Part shown: positions 9,259-19,253 of the stretch, in pieces | Layout of the letters: every line of letters begins with the position of its first letter | Position numbering within the stretch: position 1 is the first letter of the stretch | Assembly (NCBI GenBank): GCA_054600435.1 | Contig: BAAIJX010000043.1 | Coordinates: 176,906 to 196,905 of the forward strand | Source of the DNA: Neophaeotheca triangularis | Taxonomy: Eukaryota | Direction of reading: 5' to 3' | Length of the DNA: 20,000 nt | Notes under the pieces: model-generated | The model's input: only the letters and a program-made list of their open reading frames with translations | Databases searched by the model: none | Told to the model about the DNA's origin: nothing | Translations under genes and position numbers: made by a program

Positions 9259-10421
9259 TTACCCCTTCTTCCCCCTTCCTTTACCCTTACCCTTACCCCT
9301 AGACTTTCCCTACCCCTATCCCCCCTACTAACCTCCGTCTTCCTTATCGATAGGCCTAGCTCGTTTAGAGCGGCGAGGCATCTTCCCTTCCTTACCATAT
9401 AACTTATCGCTAGTCCGTATACCGCTAGAACCCCTATTATTATAGGTAAGAGGGTCGAGGGGGTCTAAAGGTAGTAGACTCGATAAGCGCGACAAACTGT
9501 CGTTACTAGTACTAGTCATATCTTACTTATCTCGCGTAGTAGATTTACTGTCCGCTTCCCCCTCCGGTTCCCCCTCTTACTCCCCCTCTTACTCCGTATC
9601 CCCTCCGTACCCTATAAATGTATTAAAGGTCGGCCTAGGGACTAGATCGTAATAGAACAACTCGTTCCCGCCTTACATAGCAGCTCATATAGCTTATAGG
9701 GTTAGTATATAGCCTACTAGGTCTATAAACTCCCTAATCACGTTAGGGAGCTATACCCTCGAAGTCTATAACTACTCCTTCTTAATCGGCGTATCTCTAG
9801 TCTCTATACTATAGCGTACATCTTCGCTAGCGTCGTCGCTAGTCCGGTGGTTCTAGGGTGTTACTATTGTCTTACTCTTCTTACTCTTCTTCTTTTTGCT
9901 CTAATAGTTAGTACGTAACTAGATAACGATTACTACCTTATAAGGCTTGTTTTTACTAGCCTTAAAGGAGATTAGTACTTCTCGGACCGACATGCTCTCG
10001 ACTACACTACTATAGTCGCGCGGACAATCGTCGTCGTCGAAACTATTGATAAAGCGATAAGTGTAGTACCGAGTCTAGGTCGATTTAGGGTCCCTCGTCT
10101 ACTTATTACTATACCGCGTAGTCAAAAAGCCTAAAAGAGATAAGCTAGACTCGACGAAAGCCTACTCTATAAAGCCGTCCGTAACCTCCTAGATCTTACG
10201 TAGCTCGTCATACTTCTATAGGTCTATACTAGGCTCGTCGCCGCTATAAGTAATAATAGTAACCTCTTATAACTAAAAAGTGACCTCTATCCGGAACTTA
10301 ATAGGCTTTAGAGCTAGAGGTCCGGAGCTATTACTACGCTAAGTCGCCTCCGAGTTATGTAAGCTTAAAGCCGTTAAGCCTATATAAGGCCTACCCTAGA
10401 GGTTTTGTAGTCGATTACTAG
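9259..10421 (-). pseudogene. Gene B, 3' part (interrupted by the LTR retrotransposon); hypothetical protein with acidic region and Gly/Lys-rich tail
   Basis: One continuous frame with RIP-type stops: NRLQNL*GRPYIGLTALSL...KPIKFRIEVTF...SKKKKSKKSK...E*EGE*EGEPEGE...GKSRGKGKGKGRGKKG-TAA (9261-9259). Includes track ORF 9328-9519. Confidence 0.7.
10417..10421 (+). repeat. Left 5-bp target-site duplication ACTAG
   Basis: Immediately precedes the TG of the 5' LTR; identical ACTAG at 17156-17160. Confidence 0.9.
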
Positions 10422-10637
10422 TGTGAGAGGGAGAATCCCCTTCACATGATGTATAAGCCGTACGTGATCCGTACGAGCTATGCTTAGCACCTACAGCTAA
10501 ATATTAGCTAAGTCGGGTACCTACATATAAGTTCCTCAAGAAATATTGTATATACATTATAGTAGACACATTTCCATCTCACGCTACTAGTTAGTGTTAT
10601 GCTGTACATATTCTACATTAGACAATATACCCTTACA
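10422..10637 (+). repeat. 5' LTR (216 bp, TG...CA)
   Basis: TGTGAGAGGGAGAATCCCC...TACCCTTACA; aligns without gaps to 16940-17155. Confidence 0.97.
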
Positions 10638-10648
10638 TAATATTTCTT
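10638..10648 (+). promoter_or_regulatory. Primer-binding site complementary to the LTR interior (self-priming type)
   Basis: AATATTTCTT (10639-10648) is the exact reverse complement of AAGAAATATT (10538-10547) in the LTR. There is no TGG-type tRNA PBS. Confidence 0.7.
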
Positions 10649-10666
10649 TAGAGATAGTAGCCCGAG

Positions 10667-11737
10667 ATAGTCGAGACACGCTAATCGTCCCGCCTAGTGT
10701 CGGATAAAACCTAGCGACTAGGGACAAGCGATTCGTACATAGACCGCGACTTAGATATAGGCATCCTAGCGACGATTAGCGAGCGAATCGCCACGCTTAA
10801 AGTAGAGCGAGATGCGCTACGCTAAGCGTCTACCCTTACACGACTAGAGCGCGATGTGGAGGCGCTAAGACGAGGTAAAGAACCCGCCTTAGAGCCGGGT
10901 CGTACGACGACTACACCTTAAGAGCACGCGGTGAAGAAGCGCACATTACGACTAAAAGACCCGGAAAACTATAGTAGAAAAACGCTAAAGGCATATAGAG
11001 TTTTCATGCGGGAGTGTGAAATGGCTTTTAATGTGACCCTAGACAACTTTTAAAGCGATCACTATAAGATCATATAGGCTATGTAGTTTCTCCGAAACAC
11101 CCCTACTAATTCATAGTTTAGCTACTAGCGATCTCTCGATAACTCGACTCGAGTAACATAGGACGACTTTACGAAGTTCCTACTAGACGAGGTCGAAGAT
11201 CCGTTTAACCGTAGGTTAGACATAGCTAAACGATATAATAATGTATACTAGGGAACCTACTCGGTAAAGGATTTCGCAATCTACCTCGAGACCCTCAAAG
11301 ATTAGCTCGCTCTATATAGCGAAGAACACCGTATCGAGCACTTATATACGAAGCTTTAAAAAGAGCTCCGTATTACCCTCACGAATCTCTATAAGATGCC
11401 TATCACACGGGAGTCGCTCGTAGTAAAGGCGGCTACCTTAGAGCGTAACATGCGAAAGAGCGGCATAGCTAAGTCGTACACGATAGGCGCGGCGACTACA
11501 TCTCGGTCGCATAACAAGCGTAAGGGCGACGAGAATAAGAAAGAAAATAGTGGAGACAAGAAAGAGAATAGAACAAACCCGGGCGTATACACACTAGCTT
11601 CGACATAGTCGGGCGACACTAGGATTTGCTATACCTACGGCTAAAAGGGCTATATCTCTCCTACCTACCTAAAGAAGAAGGACAACCCTAATAGCCTCCT
11701 AGTTAATAACATCTAAGGAAAAGACCGCACGTCCTAG
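10667..11737 (+). pseudogene. gag: gag (RIP-inactivated)
   Basis: ATA-GTC-GAG-ACA-CGC (former MVETR start); LKDPENYSRKTLKAYRVFMRECEMAF; track ORF 11396-11608 is in this frame. Zinc knuckle at 11627: C-Y-T-Y-G-*-K-G-Y-I-S-P-T-Y, which reverts to CX2CX4HX4C. Confidence 0.9.
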
Positions 11738-14700
11738 ATAACTCGGGACAAGTAAGGCGTAAACAGATCGACCTTATGCCGCCGATAGAACGTACCTAGG
11801 ACATACTCGACTCGTAATTGCGACCACGGCCTATCCGAGTTACCTTAGACCCCGGGGACGCGGTAAGTATAATTAGCTAGGCTATAGCGAAGCAACTAAG
11901 CCTTATACTAGTTAAGAGCGATCTGCCTGTCCTAGTATAGGTAAATAGTAAGAGAGAGTACTACTACGTAGTATACGAGGTTAACCTATAGGTAACTAAC
12001 GATAAAGGGGAGTTTCGCGTATTCTCCGCTATAGTGTATAGGATCGATAAAGAAGGCCCTAACCTACTCATTAGGAATTCTACCCTAAAAAGACAAAGCG
12101 TCACAATCGACTATAGAACGCAGCTGTTCCGCTTTAGCCTCGTTAATAAGGCGCGGGTATAGCTCGTTAAGCTCGATGACCTAATAGACAAAGAGAAAGG
12201 CACTCTCGCTATACTAGGCATAGTCTAGCTAGTTTACGAACTATAGGCGTTAGGAATAGCGGCATTGTTTAGTATAGGCGAAGAGCCCGAGGTATGTATA
12301 CTAGACGCACTTTAGGAATATGTGGATGTATTCTCCGCGGATTCGGCAGCCTTACTCCTAGTACATAAAGGAACCGACTACTAGATTAACCTATACCCTA
12401 ACATAGAGCTACCTTATAGACCTCTATATAACCTATCGCATAGGGAACTCGAAATCTTAAGAAAGTACCTAACAAAGGCCCTTAAGAGGGGCTAGATAAG
12501 ACATAGCACTTCTCCTACGGGAGCCCTAGTGATGTTCGTTCCGAAGAAGGACGGCACTCTACGACTATATGTCGATTATTGTGTAGTTAATGAGCGGACA
12601 ATCAAGGATCGATGTCCGATTCCACTAATCGGCGAGACCCTCGATCGATTAAGCGGTGTAAAGCACTACTCCTACCTAGACCTAAAAGACGCCTACTACC
12701 GTATTCGAATAGCGGCGGGGGATAAATGGAAGACAGCTTTTCGCACTAGGTATAGTCATTTTAAGTACCTAGTTATGCCTTTTAGATTAGCTAATGCCCT
12801 AGCTACCTTTTAGGCCTACATAAACCGCGTATTAGCGGGTTTAGTCGACATTTTATGCGTTGTCTACCTAGATGACATTTTAATCTATATATATAACGCA
12901 GACCTTAAACGCTATTAGATCGTAGTTCGAAAGGTCCTAGACCGCTTACGAAACGCATAGCTATTTGTAAACCTTAAGAAGTACAGTTTCGCTATCTAGT
13001 AGGTAGAATACCTAGGATTTATCGTGAGCATAGAAGGTGTTTAAGCTGACCCTAAGAGGGTAGCGACAATCTAGGAATGGCTAGCTCCTTAGATAATCAA
13101 GGAGCTCTAAGGCTTCCTAGGATTTACGAACTTTTACCGCCGTTTTATCGTAGGATACTCGCGTATTGTTACGCCCCTTACCGCATTAACGCGGAGGGAT
13201 ACCATATAGTAGTAGGAAGGCGATATAGAGCGTGCCTTTAACTAGTTGATCGACGCTTTCTAACATGCGCCTATCCTATAGCATTTCAACGTATTATAGG
13301 TAATTCGCCTTGACATAGATATATCGACTTTTGCGATTATAGGCATCATGTTATAGCAAGACGAGAATAGACAATAGAGGCTAGTAGCCTTTATCTCTCG
13401 TAAGCTAGAACTAGTAGAGCGGAACTACGAGGTATATGACTACGAGCTTATAGCCATCGTGTTCTATTTCAAGTAATAGAGGCATTACCTCGACGGTACC
13501 TAGCATACTACTTAGGTCTATATAGACCATAATAACCTATAGGGTATACGCGATGTATAGAAGCTTAACCCGCGATAAGCGAGGTAGGCAATGTTCCTTA
13601 CTAGCTTCGATTTCGAAGTCTACTACTAGGTAGGGAAGACAAATCCTATAGACGGACCTTCGCGAAGGCCGGACTACTATATAGAGAATAACGTAGTTAA
13701 CTCCCTATTACCTACTCTTTAACACAAAGTGCGTTTGTTAACAGACAAAACCCTACCGGAGTACGCGAATACGTTCGTAATTAGGGCTACGAATACCGTA
13801 ACTATAGCGGGTAAGTAACGCTTATTGTCCGTACCTTAAGGGGTTATAGAACACACTAACGAAGGATTGCCGGATCCTATGTCTAGCATAGCTAGGTGCA
13901 TACAGCGCGTACCTCGTCATATAGTAAGGTTACTACCAAGTAATGAACCTATATAGGGTATAGGCGAGTAGTTACGAGAAACGATCTATAAGATATAGTA
14001 GAGGGACGCCTTTACATGTAAACGATTATATACTGCCTCGCACGACACTCGTACTACCCGAAGTAGCGATGCGTAGCCTTAGCGTAAAGACGAGAACGGT
14101 CTTCTCTAACGTAAGGGGAGACTATACATTCCTTGTAAGGAGTCATTCTAGGTAGAGCTTCTACGGAAGTATTATGATGATCCTATAGCGGGTCATTATA
14201 GAGCCCTCCGCACATAAGAACTCCTGTCTAGGCACTATTAGTGGCTAGACATAGAGAAGCATGTACGAAACTATGTTAGTACATGTGCGGTTTACTAGCG
14301 GAGTAACGCACTAAGACATAGGCCTTATAGCGAGATGAGTTCTTTACCTGTCCCTAAAAATGTGTCTAAAGAGTTAACTATAGACTTCATTATAGGGCTG
14401 CTACCGTTAAAACGAGACAACTACGTATATGATGCGATCCTCGTAATAGTCGACCGCTACTCAAAGATAGTCCTCTACATACTAGCTTGTAAAACGTGGA
14501 CTACTTAGGACTTTACGAGAGTCTTTACAGACTACGTAATATGTAAGCATAGTGTACCTAATAGGGTTGTCTCTAATAGAGGATCGATCTTCATATCGGC
14601 ATTTTGGTCTAAGATATGCTTCTAGTTACGCATAACGAGACGCCTATTAACCGCATTTCATCCGTAAACGGATAGCTAGACAGAAAGACAAAACTAGGTA

Positions 14701-15456
14701 CTAGAGCATTACCTAAGAATCTTCTACTACGAACAGTAAGATGATTAGGCTCCTATACTCCTAATTGCTAAGTTCACCTACAATAATATAGTGCATTTAA
14801 GTATAGGGACTTTACCTTTTTAAACATACTGCGGTAAATCCGGTAATTACCCCGAGGCTCCTAAGGATAGTCGCCCTAGAGGGGAGGTACCTACCGCGCA
14901 TAATAGAATAAACTACCTATAGGAGATACGCGAGTAGCTTAAGAAGAAGATCCGAGCCGTATAGGAATCGTAGAAGAGGCATTACAATACGAAATACTAA
15001 CTAATGCGTTTTAAGCCAGGAGATATAGTGATACTAAACACTAAGAACCTTAAGGTAAATAGACTAAGTAGGAAGATGTTAGACAAATTCATCGGGCCTT
15101 TTAGAGTCAGCACCGTAGTTAGCTCGTAGGCGTACCGCATATAGATACCACCTACATATTAGGTACATGACGTCTTCTATATGTCTCTACTAGAACCCTA
15201 CTACTACCGGAAAGGTTAACCTTTAGACAATATAGCGGAGCTAGAGGTCCTTCTAGACGGTAACGAGGTATAGGAGGTAGAAGGTATCTAAAAGAAGAAG
15301 AAGGTTAAGGGAGACACCTTGTACCTAGTCAAATAGAAAGGTTATGATACTAGTTAGAACTAGTAGGTCCCTAAAGAAGACTTCGAGAACATATAGGAGT
15401 CGATTGATAAATTTAAGGCGCGAAACAAGCGCGGGAAACGTACGAAGAAGACATGA
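11716..15456 (+). pseudogene. pol: pol polyprotein: protease, RT, RNase H, integrase, chromodomain (RIP-inactivated), in the -1 frame relative to gag
   Basis: Protease LDPG at 11845; [29 protein letters not shown] and YLDD at 12865; RNase H ERNYEVYDYELIAIV and IDHNNL; integrase IDFIIGL, VIVDRYSK and TAFHP*TDS*TERQN; chromodomain *EVEGI...YLVK*KGY at ~15271-15420; TGA at 15454-15456. Sampled positions from protease to stop are all in one frame. Confidence 0.95.
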
Positions 15457-15465
15457 TTAGATATA

Positions 15466-15614
15466 GAGCCGTATAGGCTCGAGATTAACCCCGAAGGGAA
15501 AATATCTACTAGTAGAGGCCCCGAAGGGCAACGCCTAAAGGACTTTACAAAAAGCTAAAAAACAACGTAAACTCTAAACCTATAAAGACCCTAGAGGGTA
15601 ATAACCCCGGAGGG
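15466..15614. repeat. Cluster of short hairpins/palindromes, including four CCCYRRAGGG-like copies, downstream of pol
   Basis: GAGCC-GTATA-GGCTC at 15466; CCCCGAAGGG at 15489 and 15519; TCTACTAGTAGA at 15505; CCCTAGAGGG at 15589; CCCCGGAGGG at 15605. Confidence 0.7.
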
Positions 15615-15717
15615 AAGAGAGCACCTAGAACTATACTATAGAAATAGGAGTAACACGCGATTAACATGCGCTTATCCTACGGCTAGAGGCTAGAACGCCG
15701 GTACTACGCATAACCGC

Positions 15718-16489
15718 CTAGGCATTATCCGGAGCCTCGGAGGGCTCGGAGACGATAGTGTTAGCGTCGCTTTCGTCGCCGCTACCCTTAGAGTTAGAGT
15801 CCGAAGACTCCTCCTCGTTAGGCGTAAGCCCGCGGCCCTATAAATTAGTTAGTGAAAAGCGTAAGAGTAAGGTACGATAAAGGGGTAAACATACGATACG
15901 ACGCCACGTCTTCGCTATACCCTTAAGATGCTTCTCCTACTTCTCCTAGGAGGATAGGATTAGACTAAGGAAGTCCTATGTGCTAGTAGGGACCTTAGTA
16001 GGAACCCTAGTAGCGCGACCACGACGCCTAGCGACATGCTTACGAGCGAGGTACGAGCGATATGTAGTGCGCTAGGCACGCGTAAGCTTTATACCGACAC
16101 GACGAACTACCGGCACCTTAGAAGTAGCCCTACTACCCCTATTGTTATTAAGGGTAGTGACATACTCCCTATAGAGCTAGTATAGACGCTCGGCGTAGCC
16201 CTAAAACTCGCGAGGAAGCTGTAAATCATAGTTAGCTCGTAGCTTATTGAATCGCAACCTAAGAACTTATAAGGTAATAGTTAGCCCTATAGCCCTTATT
16301 GTACTTCTAGTAGGCCTTTTCACTAATGTCGTAGATAGGACCGTTCTTCGCAATGTTAGCGAAATAGCGCGAGTAGGTAGGAACGCGAGGCGCGTTCGTA
16401 TTAGCTACGAGCGTGGTGCGGCTAAACTTGTATTCGGTAACGCCGCGCGTAGACTTAGTAATGTACTTAGGGAGTATATAGTTAGGCAT
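15718..16489 (-). pseudogene. Antisense three-exon accessory gene inside the retrotransposon; Zn(II)2Cys6-like protein (~220 aa)
   Basis: Exons 16489-16271, 16218-15895 and 15837-15718, all multiples of 3. Introns 16270-16219 (ATAAGT from GTAAGT..GCTAAC..CAG) and 15894-15838 (GTATGT..ACTAAC..TAG). All 7 internal stops are TAG. Reversion gives C-x2-C-x10-C-x6-C-x2-C-x7-C; the C-terminus is acidic. Confidence 0.85.
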
Positions 16490-16660
16490 GTTAATGGTAA
16501 GAGTCGTTAGTAGTTATTATGCATATAATATGTATATAGTAGATAAAGAAGGGGTAGAGCGCGTAGAATCGGTAAAGGTGTTAAGAGGGTGTTGTTGTTA
16601 TAAAGAAGGAGAAGAGTCGAGGGTAAGAAAGTCGAGGGAGCAGACCTTAAAGGGGGCGTA
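16490..16660 (-). promoter_or_regulatory. Putative core promoter and 5' UTR of the antisense gene
   Basis: Minus strand reads CCCCCTTTAAGGTCTGCTCCCTCGACTTTCTTACCCTCGACTCTTCTCCTTCTTTATAACAACAAC...TTACCATTAAC-ATG: a TATA-like element, a CT-rich tract typical of fungal promoters, and a Kozak-like context. Confidence 0.55.
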
Positions 16661-16926
16661 GTCTTTATTGCCCTTAGTAACAAACTCGCCTTTATTACCT
16701 AATGCGGAAAGCATAAGGCCTAGATACGCGCTTTATTAACGCTCTGTATACGGGCGTTATGCGATAAAGGAGAGTCACGTAGAAGCTTCTCATCACCTAC
16801 CTAGACTCGAAGAAAACAAAGGAACATACTAGAGCCGGCGTAATAAGGACACTCTTTCCTAAGGATTTCCTAAAGGGTTTGCTAGGTTTTATCGAGGCCT
16901 TATATTACTACTAGGGACATTAGCGT

Positions 16927-16939
16927 AGGGGGGAGCGAA
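16927..16939 (+). promoter_or_regulatory. Polypurine tract
   Basis: AGGGGGGAGCGAA directly before the 3' LTR. Confidence 0.9.
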
Positions 16940-17155
16940 TGTGAGAGGGAGAATCCCCTTCACATGATGTGTAAGCCGCACGTAATCTACACGAGCTATG
17001 CTTAGCACCTATAGCTAAATATTAGCTAAGTCGGGTACCTATATATAAGTTCCTTAAGAAATATTGTACATACATTATAGTAGACACATTTCCATCTCAC
17101 GCTACTAGTTAGTGTTATGCTATGTATATTCTACATTAGACAATATACCCTTATA
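16940..17155 (+). repeat. 3' LTR (216 bp, TG...TA; terminal CA mutated by RIP)
   Basis: Gap-free match to the 5' LTR with 14 differences by manual count, all transitions. Confidence 0.97.
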
Positions 17156-17160
17156 ACTAG
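17156..17160 (+). repeat. Right 5-bp target-site duplication ACTAG
   Basis: Matches 10417-10421. Confidence 0.9.
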
Positions 17161-17575
17161 TTAGTATATAGTACTCGTTAGCACGGGATTTTTAGAAGAC
17201 GGTATGCGTAGGACGGATTTAGCGGCCTAGATCGCTATCGTCTCGGTCTATAACTCCTACTACTAGGTTCCTATAGCTATGCTCTCGATTCGCTAGTTCC
17301 TAATAGGAGGAGGTCTAGGAGCTACCGCCGGTATAGTTAGAGGTGTTTGTCGAGGATATATGCTAGTCTAGATAGACGCTATCTCGTAGTAGGCCTCTTA
17401 GGGTAGTAGTAATAGGGACTACTAACGAATAGTAGACACCCCTCCTATCTAGGGGGTAGGGGTTACGGAGTCTATACGCGGGACATACGTCTAGGTAGCT
17501 ATAGAGTCGCTCGTGATTCCCCTTCGAGCGCGGGCAAATCGGATTGTTAGTCTATGTCAGCATTTAGTTGTCTAT
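17156..17575 (-). pseudogene. Gene B, 5' part
   Basis: GCCACT-ATA (former GCCACC-ATG) at 17575; reads DN*MLT*TNNPICPRSKGNHERLYSYLDVCPAYRLRNP...IRPTHTVF*KSRANEYYILTS, in frame with the 10416-9259 part once the retrotransposon and one TSD are removed. A CT-rich minus-strand tract lies upstream at ~17680-17720. Confidence 0.7.
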
Positions 17576-17942
17576 AGTGGCTCGGTTAGAGATATACGCG
17601 TAAGTAAGGTTAAGACGAAAGATGATGTTAAAAAAGAGCAAGAAGTAAAGCTATATATATATAGAGACAACTACGAGGTAGAAGAGAGTAAAAGGAAGAA
17701 GAAAGAGGGAAGGGGGGACGGCTATCTTATTAAACAATAGGACGACTAGTAGCGGTATGTTACTTACCCTCGTATATAGAACTATGTAGGCGCGATTTAC
17801 GCGTAATGTGTCGTAAATCCGAGGTAAAATTTCTAAAATAGCGGTACTAACCCCTATACTTTATATAGGATGTTAAATCTAGTAAGTATAGTATAATCTA
17901 GACTAGACGCCCTTACGAGTAGTACCCCGAGACACATACGAT

Positions 17943-19253
17943 TCACTCTAGGCTAGGGTCAATAAATGCTATAGGAGTATAGTTCATATTACCTAGCTCT
18001 AGCAATTTAGCGTTACCTAGGCTAGTACTACTAATAAATAGCTCCCCTACTACATTAAACACCCCCTTAGCTACATTAGCGGCTCGCTACTATGCCGCTG
18101 CTAGTAGTCGCGCGAGCTTACTAAGATCCGGGGCCTCTCCGTTCTATATATAGCTATAAACTCGATCTATGAGGGCTAAAAACATATGTCGATGTAACCG
18201 CGAGCTGTCTACGGTAGTCTATATACTGTCGAGTCCTATAAATCCGAGCTCCTCTAGAGTAGTAGTATAAAACTGCTTAGTAGGCTCTAGTAGGTAGGCG
18301 TCGATATCTAAATACTTAGTTAGCTACTAGATATTATGTAACTCGCGCACTTTTACTTATAGAAATCCGCTAACTCGGCCTATAACGGAAGGATGAGTTT
18401 AGTAAGCATAGTATAGCTATAGTCTTATTTCCCTTATATCTATAGGTACTCGAAGAGTAGATCTAGGACCCCTAGCGTCGAGTAAGGCGCTTTTAGCTAC
18501 TTCCTTATAGTGTATCTATTCTAGAGCTTCGTAAACTTAATAAGTTAGTCATAAATAATAGATATATAGACTATAAGGAAAGTAATGCGGTAATAGAGTA
18601 AGGCCGGCCTATAGATACCCCTCCTTACTAGTGACTCGAAGTATAACTTCTATACGTTAATTGCTCCTTTATATAAGACCGAGACTATGACTCGGTCAGG
18701 ATTATGGCGGAGCGAGGGCGGAGCGTAATCATAGTAATAATAGTAATAGTCCTTTAATATAGAAACTATTCGATAGTAGATAGGAGACTTCACTATTAGC
18801 CATCTTATATACTTTCGTAGTATGTACACTTAGTACTCCCGAGCTACTCTATAGCTTAGGCCGCTAATGTCCCGCTAGCGCCGCGGTCGTGACAATTGCC
18901 TCCCTCTCTAGTAGCTCGTCCTCGAGCTAGTACTTATAAGTATAGTTATGCGAAACCCCGTTATAGCGTATATATTAGCATCCTCGTTAAAAACCTCGGT
19001 AGTGTCTTTACTAAGGAAAAGAGTAATACTACGTACCGCCGTCGTACTATTAGGTCCCTAGAGTGAATTTACCCTAAACCTAAGTTCGCTACGGCGAGGT
19101 ACGTTATCGTCGCGATAAGCGGTATTAACGGCTACGTAGCGGTGATCTAGCGGAGCGGTAATTACTAGCGGAGCCTTAGCGTGATTATGCTGTAATTACG
19201 TAGAGGTAACCTACTAGCTACTTCTCTTTCGAAGACTTCCTCCTTTTAACTAT
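17943..19253 (-). pseudogene. Gene C: RIP-inactivated spliced hypothetical gene
   Basis: Clear intron 18360-18308 (ATAAGT from GTAAGT..GCTAAC..TAG) joins STLGVLDLLFEYL...AELADF to YIDAYLLEPTKQFY...AFIDPSLE-TGA (17945-17943). A second intron near 18536-18580 is probable. The start (ATA-GTT-AAA-AGG-AGG-AAG at 19253) and 5' exon structure are tentative; TATATAAAG lies on the minus strand at ~19351-19359. Confidence 0.55.

Larger units (their letters stand above)
10422..17155 (+). mobile_element. Full-length RIP-inactivated Ty3/Gypsy LTR retrotransposon (chromovirus), 6734 bp
   Basis: Paired 216-bp LTRs, 5-bp TSD, gag with CCHC knuckle, pol in the order PR-RT-RH-IN-chromodomain, and a PPT. Confidence 0.97.

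Noticed and set aside
16247..16510. Plus-strand 87-aa ORF as an env-like or sense ORF3
   Set aside because: It has a non-ATG start and is the shadow of exon 1 of the antisense gene, which has the splice signals and promoter.
17161..17520. Alternative Gln/Pro-rich reading frame for the 5' part of gene B
   Set aside because: It has about twice as many stops and does not join the downstream frame across the TSD.
17513..17740. Plus-strand 75-aa Lys/Glu-rich ORF
   Set aside because: It is the reverse complement of gene B's CT-rich promoter and start region.
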